DNA of 64,000 bases, from contig OZ244653.1 in NCBI GenBank assembly GCA_965218795.1, positions 2,144,001 through 2,208,000 on the forward strand. Direction: 5' to 3'. Of the stretch, positions 50,560-60,030 are shown piece by piece. Below the pieces are notes generated by a model. That model worked only from the letters and a program-made list of their open reading frames with translations. It was not told where the DNA came from and searched no databases. Positions within the stretch are counted from its first letter, which is position 1. Each line of letters starts with the position of its first letter. The DNA comes from a bacterium (lineage in GTDB: Bacteria; UBA8248; JACPRG01; G963555815). A program made the position numbers and the translations under genes.

Positions 50560-50889
50560 GCGGGAGGTCACCTCAACATAGACAAGTTCCGCACACTCGG
50601 CAGGAGACACCTGATTCCCACGCATATCGTAGTCTTCGTTCGCTTTCGTCCCAACGTCATTTCGACAGCTCATTTCCCAAACGGATCGGCCCTTTGGCAC
50701 CCAGGCATTGCCCGTATCGCTGAAAACCTCGCCATCGAAACCCGGTTGAGTGACCGAATCCCCGGCTGGAACCGAGATTTGTTTGATCGTTTCCCTTGCG
50801 TAGAGCAACTTTCAAATCAGGCGCGACAACTCTCCACGCACTTCGCTTGTAGCGGCCCAATCGGCTATTTGCTTGGCTGTGATTTTCAT
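50560..50889 (-). pseudogene. Truncated, nonsense-disrupted N-terminal nuclease-like domain of a large putative defence NTPase
   Basis: ATG 50889 MKITAKQIADWA...LSRLI*KLL...PAGDSVTQPGFDG...WVPKGRSVWEMSC...KANEDY. In-frame TGA at 50812-50814; ends after ~110 codons. Confidence 0.55.
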
Positions 50890-51129
50890 GACTATGAACA
50901 GTGGGACGGGTCACTTGCGCTGATTCGCTTGGCTTCAGTTGCGAACCGAGCAATGTCCCTATGGTCTACATGCTACCGTCCCATCGTCAGTGATCCGCCA
51001 AAAATCTACTAGATATTGTGGTTTTTCTATCCGGAGACCCACACATGATGTGTATGCACCGTGAGAAACCTGATGTCAAACCATATTCGCTTCATTGGAT
51101 TTACCGACCCGGTCCAGGGCTATTGGCCT

Positions 51130-51210
51130 GTCATTCCCGCGTAGGCGGAAATCCAGTCTTCCTCGCCCCACACTCACCCTGTGGGAGGTCTCCCAAGGGG
51201 AGAGGAGGGT
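51130..51210. repeat. REP-like palindromes
   Basis: GTCATTCCCGCGTAGGCGGAAATCCAG followed by a CTCACCC...CTCCC..GGGGAGAGG palindrome. Related GATTCCTGC...GGAATGACA at ~63310-63360. Confidence 0.45.
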
Positions 51211-51401
51211 TGACACCGATGCCGAGCAGGTCGGGAAACGCGACGCCACAGGCGCCTTTTTCCCCATAGATCGATGCGGGATACCGGACCATGAGCCTGT
51301 TCTCCTTGCAGGATCCAAATACAATTCAAAGAATCAGAGAAGTATGCGCAATATGAAATTTCAACTTGCATATTGTTCGTATTTCTGGTATGTCAACTGC
51401 C

Positions 51402-52575
51402 ATGATCGAGCGCGACATCACTCCCTGCCTGGTCAGGCTCTTCAAGCAATATCCCTATTGTGACCGTGACCGGGCCACGCCAATCCGGCAAGACCACGCT
51501 CTGCCGCGAGACCTTTCCTCATCTGAAATACGCCAATCTGGAAGCACCCGACCAACGGGAATTTGCCGAATCCGACCCTCGGGGCTTTCTCTCTCAGCTC
51601 GATGGTGGCGCCATCCTGGATGAGATCCAGCATGTCCCCGAACTCCTGTCGTATCTCCAGGTCCTCGCCGACGAGAAGGGACAGAACAGCCTCTTTGTCC
51701 TCACAGGTAGCGAGCACTTCAAGCTCTCCGAAGCCATCAGCCAGTCGCTGGCGGGACGGACGGCACTGCTCCGTCTGCTGCCGTTTTCGCTGGCGGAACG
51801 GCAAAGAACGGGCGCAAGCAACGCAGTAGACGATATTCTCTACTCGGGCTTCTATCCGCGGATTCACGATCAGGGGCTCGAGCCGCGGCAAGCACTCGGC
51901 GATTACTTCGAAACCTACGTCGAGCGCGATGTGCGTCGGCTGGGCGAAATTCGCAACCTATCAAGCTTTCAACGTTTCGTCCGCTTATGCGCCGGGCGTG
52001 TCGGGCAACTGGCCAATCTCTCCTCCCAGGGTGCGGACGCCGGCGTCTCCCACACCACAGCGCGACACTGGCTCACGCTGCTGGAAGCGAGCTACATCGT
52101 TTTCCAGCTACCGCCATTTCACGCCAATATTCGAAAGCGCTTGGTCAAATCGCCCAAGCTCTACTTCTACGACGTTGGGCTGGCCTGCTATCTCATTGGC
52201 ATCGAGCGGTCCGAGCAGATTGCCACCCATCCCCTGCGCGGGGCGCTGTTCGAGAATGCAGTTGTGGCGGAGGCGCTCAAATATCGTTTGAATCGGGGGC
52301 GCCCACTCAATCTGTCCTTTTTCCGCGACAGCCGGGGTCTGGAATGCGACCTATTGTTTGAAACCGGCCACGGCATGGGCGCCATTGAGATCAAATCCGG
52401 CGCAACAATTGCCTCGGATTATTTCGATTCGCTCAATCGCGTTGCCAGGTTGGTTCCGGAGATTTCTACGAAAGCCGTCATCTACGGCGGCATACATCGG
52501 CAATCCCGAAGTGTAGACGAGGTTGTACCGTTCGGTGATTTATACGATGTGCTCGAACGCTTCGAAGTCAACTAA
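51402..52575 (+). pseudogene. AAA_14/DUF4143 ATP-binding protein with a frameshift near codon 18
   Basis: MIERDI...FKQYP starts at 51402 in one frame; IVTVTGPRQSGKTT, LDEIQ, LTGS, TYVERD, KSPKLYFYD, FEN, ECD, IEIK lie in another. One extra base in tatccctattgtg. Confidence 0.8.
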
Positions 52576-52616
52576 GAGTTAGCAGCCTGTCCTATTTGCT
52601 GGGACCACCTCACACC

Positions 52617-52722
52617 GACCACTGGAACGAAAACGCCAATCCGTTTGTGTGGACGGCTACGGCCGATTCCATCCTCGCTAAGATCAAATGACTTTAGTGA
52701 ATATATCTCTGAGTCATAACAC
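52617..52722 (+). mobile_element. IS630-family transposase C-terminal remnant and right end
   Basis: DHWNENANPFVWTATADSILAKIK followed by ...TCTGAGTCATAACAC. Confidence 0.7.
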
Positions 52723-52875
52723 GAGAATCAAGGTGCTCGTTATTGTAGAACTTCAGGCCTGCCTTGTCGGCAGACAGGTACGCGTCCAGGTCCTTCCCCC
52801 GCAGCCCGCCCTATGCCGCCTGGATTCCTGCCTGCAGCCTGCCCTTGAAGGTTCCCCGCCGTAGGATCGCGGGGA

Positions 52876-52990
52876 CAAGCTGAGTCGATGCTCCGCAACC
52901 TTCTTCTTTGCCGTTGTCATGGCTCCTCCCTCTCTGTCATCCGGGGGATCTCGTTCCCCCTTTGAAAGATATCATCTGTTCGGGTACGTG
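52876..52990 (-). mobile_element. IS481-like left-end remnant (copy 2)
   Basis: Shares an ~80-nt leader with 40533-40605; encodes MTTAKKKVAEHRLSL and then breaks off. Confidence 0.55.
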
Positions 52991-53189
52991 TATCGATCTG
53001 TTTTCATCGACTGTGAAACCCTAATATCATATTGATATTATTGAATTATAGAGATTATTCTTGCCTTGCCCGGAACGGGCCTTGCGTAGTTCGTAATCAA
53101 AATGAAAGCGGATTCGTTAAAACGCCTGCGCATCTCGGCGAGTCCCTGTCGGGTAATCGTTCGGCCGGGCCGTGATGGGGGGTCTGACT

Positions 53190-53693
53190 TTAGCTGTTGA
53201 GGGTTCGTTTCCAATTTTTTCTGAGGGGGCGAAGCCAGATGTCCTTTTTCGGTTGGGCGCGTTTCGTGTGCCTGTCGTAGCGTCCGCGTCCCTGGGTGGT
53301 TCCGACATGGATCCAGCCCGATGCCCTGTAGACGGCGCCGGTGTATCGCGGTGTCTGGACGAAGGTCTCGATGAGCACGGGGGTTGTGTTGTAGCGCCCG
53401 GTCCAGTCCTCGGGCAGGCGACGGCGGACGATGGCGAGGATGTACGAACCGAGGTTGGGGATCTTGATCCAGGGTAGGATGAGGAATCTCGGGTTGTCGA
53501 CCACGAGGGGGAGGTTCTTCTCGCGCAGTTGCGGCGTCCAACCGATGAAGCGGTCTCGAGGGGCCAGCTTCCACGCGGCGGTGCTGAAGCCGAGCATGGC
53601 GAGCGGCCAACCGTCGCGGTCGTGGACGGCGTAGCGCATCTGGGCGCCGACGAGGGTCTTGTAGCCGAGATAGTGGTAGCGGGCGACGAACTC
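53190..53693 (-). pseudogene. DUF4338 (DruA-like) protein, 5'-truncated, IS-associated
   Basis: EFVARYHYLGY...GAQMRY...LGFSTAAWKLAPRDRFIGW...RFLILPW..PNL.S...ETFV...G.VYRASGW..VG.TQGRGR. Sequence upstream of 53693 is unrelated. Confidence 0.8.
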
Positions 53694-54242
53694 TGAGAAT
53701 TTGCTCGGCCACGGGCACATGCTTTTCAAATTTTCCCTTTTCCCCGATACCCAGCACCAGGAACATGTTGGGCGCATTCGTATCCAGGAGAAACACCGCA
53801 ATCTCGACCTTCTTCCCCGTTAGCGCCAGGCGCGGTTTTGTTCGTCTTGTTGTTTGACCGCCTCTAAGACCAGGACAAGACCCGCTCCGGCAGCGCTCGC
53901 ACCGCCGTACGTCCCGGAAACGAGGCGTTTGGTGATCGGGTTCCGCGGGCCAAGAGTACTGAAGGTGGACCGTCCGCCCCTTCGTGCCGCGGGATGGATT
54001 TCAGCATCCCGATGCGGGGGGTGGAAAGTTGTTGACGCCGGATTCAAATGGATGTTGAATGATTCCAGGGGTAAAATAAAGATCGGGAATCCAGCGTTAA
54101 GAATCGATCGGGGAAGCTCCGCATAGATTTCTTTACGTCTGTGCAATTCGCCAAATTCAGGATGGGTGTTGTCGATGAAGAGAAAGGCATCCTGACCATG
54201 AGGCGATTAACCGATGCGTTCATCGCAAGGAGGGTGGGGGCC

Positions 54243-55958
54243 ATGGATCCGTTTGAATTCGACCGATTCCAAACTGAGGTAGAGGACGAGGGCGAGAACA
54301 GGGGGCTGCGCCCCTGGATCAATCGGCGGCAGTTCATGAAGTGGGCGGGACTTCTCGGCGCCAACACCATCTTCCTGACAACCGCCGGGAGGGGATGGGG
54401 GGCGAATGCCCAGCCGGGAAAACCCGTGCCGCCCTTCGAAGCCTGGTATTACACCTATCCGGAGTGGATTGAGTTCTGGCGGTACACCCCTATTGATCTC
54501 AAGCCGCTTGGAATCCAAATCAAGCCGAACTCGGGTACGCTGATCACGATTCTCGGCCGGGTGCTCCGGCAGAGGAAGTACGGCGACATGGTGACCTTCT
54601 CCTGGGTGGCGAACCCGGAACGGGTCGACCCCAACTTCTGGCTGAAGCACCTTCTCCATTCCAAGGGGGGCCGGAACTACGTCCATTACTCCAACCCCGA
54701 ATTCGATCGGGTCGTGGAAGCGCAGGCATCGGAGATGGACCCCGAGAAGCGGCGGGAGCTCGTGTGGAAGGCCCAGGAGATTGCCGCCAAGGATCACGCC
54801 AAGATGTATCTGGCGCACCCCGACGAGGTCCACGCCTACAACGACAAGGATTGGGCGGACGCCTCTCCCGGCCTGGGCGCGGCGCTCAACTTCGGAAACA
54901 TCTGGCACTATTTGAATTTTCGCCCTCTCAAGGACCGGAAGGTTTTTCGCTGCGCGGCCATCGGCGACATCGACACCCTGAATATCTTCAACACCTCGAG
55001 CGGCACGAACATCCAGTTGCTCCGGTTCATCTACGACCCCTTCGTGCGGTACACGACGGACTTCAAAGTCATTCCGTGGGCAGCTGAGTCCTGGGATGTC
55101 GTCAATCCGACAACCGTCGACATTGTTCTGCGGTCGGGAATGAAGTTTCACGACGGCAAGCCGGTCACCATCGCCGACGTGAAGTTCACGATGGATTATC
55201 TGAAGAAGTGGAATTTCCCCTTCTTCAAGTTTGCCGTGAATTACGAGCGGACCGAAGTGATGGGCGACCGCCGCCTGCGATTCCATCTCAGCAAGCCGCA
55301 CGCCGGCTTCGTCACGGTGGATCTGTCCTTCCTGGTCATCCTGCCCAAGCACATCTGGCAGGACATTCCCAAGCGCGCCGGGTTGGCCGATCCGCGCAAG
55401 TGGGCCGTGTATCCCGAGACCGTCGGCACCGGTCCGTTCAAGCTCAAGCGCTGGCGGAAGGGGGAAGGCCTGGTGATGGAGGCCAACAAGGAGCATTTCC
55501 ATCCCCCCAAGGCGGACGGGTTCATCTACCGGCCCGTTTCCACGGTCGAGGCCCAGGTGGGGATGCTGGAAACGGGGGAGATCGACATGACGACCGGCGC
55601 CCTGGCGCTGACGCCCGAAGTGGCCAATCGCCTGTCCGAGCGTCCCAACATCTCCGTCGCCAAGTCGAAGTCCTACAAGCTTTGGTACCTGGGGCTGAAT
55701 CTGAAGCGACAGCCCTTCAAGGACGTGGAGTTCCGCCGCGCCCTCAACCACGCCATTGACCGAAGGAAGTTCGTCGACATCGCGTTGCGAGGAGGCGGCA
55801 CCCCGGCCAAGGCGACGCCCATTTCGCCGGTCCTGCAGCCTTGGCATAACCCGAACCTGCCGCTGCCGGAGTTCAATATCGACAAGGCCCGGGAGATCCT
55901 GAAGAATGCGGGCTATACCTGGGATCGCCGGGGACGTCTCGTGATGCCCGAGGCGTGA
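54243..55958 (+). CDS. Peptide/nickel ABC substrate-binding protein (SBP family 5), Tat signal, circularly permuted
   Basis: INRRQFMK twin-arginine leader. YSNPEFD..DPEKRREL..AQEI precedes IYD..PWAAESW..KFHDGKPVT..VGTGPFK..FRRAL..AID..KAREIL..AG. Confidence 0.9.
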   Translation: MDPFEFDRFQTEVEDEGENRGLRPWINRRQFMKWAGLLGANTIFLTTAGRGWGANAQPGKPVPPFEAWYYTYPEWIEFWRYTPIDLKPLGIQIKPNSGTLITILGRVLRQRKYGDMVTFSWVANPERVDPNFWLKHLLHSKGGRNYVHYSNPEFDRVVEAQASEMDPEKRRELVWKAQEIAAKDHAKMYLAHPDEVHAYNDKDWADASPGLGAALNFGNIWHYLNFRPLKDRKVFRCAAIGDIDTLNIFNTSSGTNIQLLRFIYDPFVRYTTDFKVIPWAAESWDVVNPTTVDIVLRSGMKFHDGKPVTIADVKFTMDYLKKWNFPFFKFAVNYERTEVMGDRRLRFHLSKPHAGFVTVDLSFLVILPKHIWQDIPKRAGLADPRKWAVYPETVGTGPFKLKRWRKGEGLVMEANKEHFHPPKADGFIYRPVSTVEAQVGMLETGEIDMTTGALALTPEVANRLSERPNISVAKSKSYKLWYLGLNLKRQPFKDVEFRRALNHAIDRRKFVDIALRGGGTPAKATPISPVLQPWHNPNLPLPEFNIDKAREILKNAGYTWDRRGRLVMPEA

Positions 55959-55994
55959 TGCCTCCGGCCGGATCCGTTCGAGCGACTGTCTGAA

Positions 55995-56024
55995 GCGGGA
56001 GAGGCCCCACGGGGGCCCTCCCGT
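55995..56024 (+). promoter_or_regulatory. Intercistronic stem-loop after the binding-protein gene
   Basis: gcgggagaggcccc-ac-gggggccctcccgt with no U-tract. Confidence 0.45.
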
Positions 56025-56090
56025 TGCTCTCTCTTCGCCTTCTGCTGAAAGTCCGGCGGGGGGGCGTCTCCTTCCCAAAGGCAAAACGGA

Positions 56091-57065
56091 ATGGGACCGC
56101 GCGGCTTTTTCATTCGACGGCTCGTCCAGACCCTTGTCCTTCTCTGGGTCGTGCTCACCTTGATGTTCTTTCTCTTCCGGATGATGCCCGGAGATCCAGT
56201 CTCCATGCTGGTCAGCCTGGATCTGGATGAGACGGCCCAAGAACGGATCCGGGCGGATTGGGGGCTCGACCAGCCGGTTTACGTTCAGTACGGGCGTTAC
56301 TTGCAAAACCTGCTCAAGGGCGACTGGGGGACCTCCTTCTATTACGCCAGACCCGTGTGGGAATCCGTCTCCGTCCAGCTCCGGAACACCTTGATCCTCA
56401 TGGTGATCAGTGTGTTGATGGCCTTGGCCTTGAGCATTCCCATCGGGGCCTTTCTGGGGTGGAAACGCGGTAAGCGAATCGAGCGGCTGGGGGTCCTCCT
56501 TCCCTTGGCCATTCGGTCGATTCCCATCTTCTGGGCCGGAATTCTCCTCCTCATGGTTTTCGCGTTCTGGCTCAGGGCCTTCCCCGTCGGGGGAATGCTC
56601 TCCCCAACGTTTTCTCAACCCCCGTTCCCGAGGTTCCTCTTGACGGCGGATTTCCTGCGCCATCTCTTTCTGCCGTTCGTTTGCGCCACCCTGTTCCTGA
56701 TGCCCGAACCTCTGATGATCATGCGGACAAGCACGCTGGAGGTGAAGGGCGAAGAGTTCCTGGAGCTTCTCAAGGCCAAGGGAATGTCCGAGGCAGGGGT
56801 GATCCGTCATGCAGCCCGGAATTCTCTCCTGCCCGTCATCTCCTGGACTACCCTGATGGCGAGTTTCGCATTCGGGGGACAGGTCCTGTTGGAGGTTGTG
56901 TTCTCCTGGCCGGGGATCGGGCGCGAAATGGTTCTGGCGGTCTCGCGCCAGGATTTTCCCGTGGCCCAGGCGACCTTCTTCCTCATGGCGTTCGTGGTCA
57001 TCGTGATGAACCTCATCCTGGACATGGTCTATGGATTCCTGGATCCCCGGATCGTCTATAAGTGA
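56091..57065 (+). CDS. Peptide ABC permease (DppB/OppB-like)
   Basis: MPGDP, GLDQP...QY, GDWGTS, KAKG, HAARN, EVVFSWPGIG, DPRI. Confidence 0.95.
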   Translation: MGPRGFFIRRLVQTLVLLWVVLTLMFFLFRMMPGDPVSMLVSLDLDETAQERIRADWGLDQPVYVQYGRYLQNLLKGDWGTSFYYARPVWESVSVQLRNTLILMVISVLMALALSIPIGAFLGWKRGKRIERLGVLLPLAIRSIPIFWAGILLLMVFAFWLRAFPVGGMLSPTFSQPPFPRFLLTADFLRHLFLPFVCATLFLMPEPLMIMRTSTLEVKGEEFLELLKAKGMSEAGVIRHAARNSLLPVISWTTLMASFAFGGQVLLEVVFSWPGIGREMVLAVSRQDFPVAQATFFLMAFVVIVMNLILDMVYGFLDPRIVYK

Positions 57066-57966
57066 GGCCCCGGCCGTCCAGGCGACCGCCGAGCCGTCGG
57101 CGTCCCGGAAAGGCCTCGGCGCGGCGGTCAAGCTGATCCGCCGCGAGCCCGCCGGTGTCCTGGCCTGTGTCCTCCTGCTCGTTTTTTTCCTGTTTGCCCT
57201 TGCACCCCAGGCTTTCGTCCGTTATGAGCCCATGTCCTATCAGTACCGCGCGGACCGCTCGCTGGACGCGCTGACGCCTCCCTCGTCCAAGCACTGGCTG
57301 GGGACCACTTTTTACGGTCGGGACGTATTCAGCCTGACCATCGCGGGATCCCGCGTGGCCATCATCGTCGGGATGATTTCCGCCTTGTTCATTATCATCA
57401 TCGGGACGAACATCGGGCTCCTGGCGGGCTATTTCGGCGGGCGGGTGGACGACGCCCTCATGCGCCTGACGGACGTGGCCTTCAGCATCCCTTTCATCCC
57501 CTTTGCGATCGTGCTCGCGGGGCTTTTCGGGCCCAGTCTGTTCAACATCATCTTTTCGATCTCCATTCTGATGTGGCGCACCTGCGCGCGGGTCATCCGT
57601 GCCCAGGTGCTGAGTCTGAAGGAACGGCCTTTCGTCCTGGCGGTCCGGGCGGCCGGAGGGGGCCATCTCCGCATCCTTTACGGTCATCTGCTTCCGAACG
57701 TTCTGCCTCTTGCACTGTTGTACGGGGCCTTCGGCGTGGCCTGGGCGGTGATCGCCGAGGCGGGCGTCAGCTTTCTGGGCTTCGGGGATCCTCTGGTGGT
57801 GAGCTGGGGACAGATGATTCACCTGGCCTTCGTGACGGCAACCATCCGAAAGGCCTGGTGGTGGGTCGTGCCGCCGGGTCTCTGCATTGTGCTCTTTGTC
57901 ATTTCCTGCTTTTTGATTGGACGGGTGATCGAGGAAATCGTCTTCCCACGCCTGCGGGAGAAGTAG
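57031..57966 (+). CDS. Peptide ABC permease (DppC/OppC-like); start uncertain
   Basis: PPS..HWLGT...GRD, AGYFGG.VD..LMR, ARVIRAQVL, HLLPN, EAG.SFLG, SWG, WWW..PPG. Confidence 0.93.
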   Translation: MDSWIPGSSISEAPAVQATAEPSASRKGLGAAVKLIRREPAGVLACVLLLVFFLFALAPQAFVRYEPMSYQYRADRSLDALTPPSSKHWLGTTFYGRDVFSLTIAGSRVAIIVGMISALFIIIIGTNIGLLAGYFGGRVDDALMRLTDVAFSIPFIPFAIVLAGLFGPSLFNIIFSISILMWRTCARVIRAQVLSLKERPFVLAVRAAGGGHLRILYGHLLPNVLPLALLYGAFGVAWAVIAEAGVSFLGFGDPLVVSWGQMIHLAFVTATIRKAWWWVVPPGLCIVLFVISCFLIGRVIEEIVFPRLREK

Positions 57967-57968
57967 CC

Positions 57969-58985
57969 ATCGCGCTTCTGGAAGTCAACGATCTCAAGGT
58001 GTACTACCGGCTCGGCGAGCGGACGGTCCGGGCCGTGGACGGCGTCTCCTTCGAGGTCAAGGAGGGGGAGTATTTTGGGATTGTCGGAGAGTCGGGCTGC
58101 GGCAAGTCGACCTTGGCCAAGGCCCTTCTGCGGATTCTTGCGCCGACGGCCGAGATTCCCACCGGAGAGGTCCGCTTGGAGGGACGGGACCTCCTCGGCC
58201 TTTCGGAGGCCAAGATGAGGCAGGTCCGATGGAAGAAAATTTCCATGATCACCCAGAGCGCCCTGAACGCCCTGGATCCGGTCGCGACGGTCGGACACCA
58301 GGTCGTCGAGGCCATCCGGCTCCACGAGAACGTGAGGAAAGAGGAGGCCTTGCACCAGACACATGCACTGTTCGAACTCGTGGGGCTGGACCCGGGCCGG
58401 CACCGCAACTATCCCCATCAGTTCAGCGGAGGGATGCGGCAGCGGGTCATCATCGCAATGGCCCTGGTGCTCAATCCCAGCATCGTGATCGCGGATGAGC
58501 CCACCACGGCTCTGGATCTTGTGGTCCAGGATCAGATTTTCGCCAAGATTCGTGAGCTCCACAGCGCCGGGAAGCGCTCCATGATCCTGATTACCCACGA
58601 CATCTCGCTGATCGCGGAGAATTGCGACCGAGTCGCAGTGATGTACGGCGGGCGGATCATGGAGATGGCCGACGCCGTATCCGTCTTCTCCCGCGCCTAT
58701 CACCCGTACACCCTGGGATTGCAGAACGCCGTACCCCTCGTGCGCGGACCGAAGAAGGCCCTCATCTCCATTCCGGGCAGACCCCCGCCCCTCGACGCGC
58801 CCATGCCCGGGTGCCCCTTTGTCGATCGATGCCCTTTTGCCACGGACCGATGCCGGGAAGAGGAACCCCGCCCCCGTTCCGTTGCGCCCGGTCATTGGGT
58901 GGCCTGCCATCACACCGATAAGGCCGAGGAGATTCGGGACAGGGCGGTTCAAATCGAGACATGGCGCCGACTGGAGGCGCGTTGA
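57969..58985 (+). CDS. Peptide ABC ATP-binding protein (DppD/OppD-like); apparent ATC start
   Basis: [51 protein letters not shown]. Confidence 0.93.
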   Translation: MALLEVNDLKVYYRLGERTVRAVDGVSFEVKEGEYFGIVGESGCGKSTLAKALLRILAPTAEIPTGEVRLEGRDLLGLSEAKMRQVRWKKISMITQSALNALDPVATVGHQVVEAIRLHENVRKEEALHQTHALFELVGLDPGRHRNYPHQFSGGMRQRVIIAMALVLNPSIVIADEPTTALDLVVQDQIFAKIRELHSAGKRSMILITHDISLIAENCDRVAVMYGGRIMEMADAVSVFSRAYHPYTLGLQNAVPLVRGPKKALISIPGRPPPLDAPMPGCPFVDRCPFATDRCREEEPRPRSVAPGHWVACHHTDKAEEIRDRAVQIETWRRLEAR

Positions 58986-59987
58986 ATGACCCAGGCGCAA
59001 GAGAAGGTCGGCGTCCGAATCCAAGACCTGCGAAAGCACTTCCCGCTGCATCATGGATTCCTGGCCTCGGTTTTCTCCCAGGGAGAGGGTCCGACGCTTC
59101 GGGCGGTGGACGGGGTCAATCTCGCCATCGCCCCCGGCGAGATCGTGGGCGTGGCCGGAGAAAGCGGCTCGGGAAAAACCACCCTCGGGATGACCATCGT
59201 CCGCTTGTATGAGCCGACGGAGGGGGCCATCCTGTTCGGGGAGCAGGACATCTCTCACCTTCAGGGCGAGGCGCTGAAGGCGTTCCGGAGGGAGGCCCAG
59301 ATTGTATTCCAGGATCCATACGGCTCCCTGGATCCCCGATTGAACATCTTCGACACGGTGGCCGAATCCCTTCGAATCCACGGGGTTCGGAACCGAGGGG
59401 AGCTGACCGACCGGGTTTCGCTGTCCTTGCAGCGCGTCCGTCTGGATCCGTCGAGAGAGTTCGTCCGGCGTTTTCCCCACGAGCTCTCTGGCGGCCAACG
59501 GCAACGGGTGGCCATCGCCCGAGCCATTGTGCTCGAGCCCCGGTTCCTCGTCGCCGATGAGCCCGTTTCCATGCTCGATGTCTCGGTGAGAGCCGGGATC
59601 ATCGAGATTTTGAACGGGCTTTCGGAGTCCATGGGTCTCACGATGCTCTACATCTCCCATGACCTTTCGACCATCCGATACATTTGCCACCGCACGGCCA
59701 TCATGTATCTCGGCCGCATCGTGGAAATCGGTTCCACCGAGGAGGTCATCCAGGATCCGCAACACCCCTACACAAAGGCCCTGGTGGCCGCGGTTCCCGT
59801 GGCCGATCCGCTCTTTCGAAGATCCCGGGTCGAGCTGACGGGCGCGATCCCCAGTCCCATCGATGTCCCCAAGGGGTGTGCATTCCGGGAGCGGTGCCCC
59901 AGCGCCATGAGTCACTGCGGCGCTGCCTCGCCGATGCTGAGACCCGTCCGGAATGGACGCGCTGTGGCCTGTTTTCTCTACGAGTGA
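58986..59987 (+). CDS. Peptide ABC ATP-binding protein (DppF/OppF-like)
   Basis: GESGSGKT, FQDPY, FPHELSGGQRQR, ADEPVSMLD, HPYT, GCAF..RCP. Confidence 0.95.
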   Translation: MTQAQEKVGVRIQDLRKHFPLHHGFLASVFSQGEGPTLRAVDGVNLAIAPGEIVGVAGESGSGKTTLGMTIVRLYEPTEGAILFGEQDISHLQGEALKAFRREAQIVFQDPYGSLDPRLNIFDTVAESLRIHGVRNRGELTDRVSLSLQRVRLDPSREFVRRFPHELSGGQRQRVAIARAIVLEPRFLVADEPVSMLDVSVRAGIIEILNGLSESMGLTMLYISHDLSTIRYICHRTAIMYLGRIVEIGSTEEVIQDPQHPYTKALVAAVPVADPLFRRSRVELTGAIPSPIDVPKGCAFRERCPSAMSHCGAASPMLRPVRNGRAVACFLYE

Positions 59988-60030
59988 AGTCATCAGGAGG
60001 ATTTCTTTTCGATCGAATGGAGGCCTTTTC

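Noticed and set aside
50194-50808. 204-aa ORF as a real gene
   Set aside because: A chance in-frame join of unrelated fragments; the original start lies upstream of a nonsense codon.
50812-50814. Recoded TGA (selenocysteine or readthrough)
   Set aside because: The position fits a CGA-to-TGA change in a gene that is also truncated, and TGA is used as a normal stop elsewhere in the window.
53190-53801. Druantia defence system
   Set aside because: Only a truncated DUF4338 is present, with no DruE helicase or partners; this form is commonly IS-associated.
54207-57131. 974-aa minus-strand ORF and similar long antisense ORFs (e.g. 3135-5396, 11373-13349, 57819-60095, 40450-42096)
   Set aside because: Shadow frames of well-supported genes in high-GC DNA; no motifs of their own.
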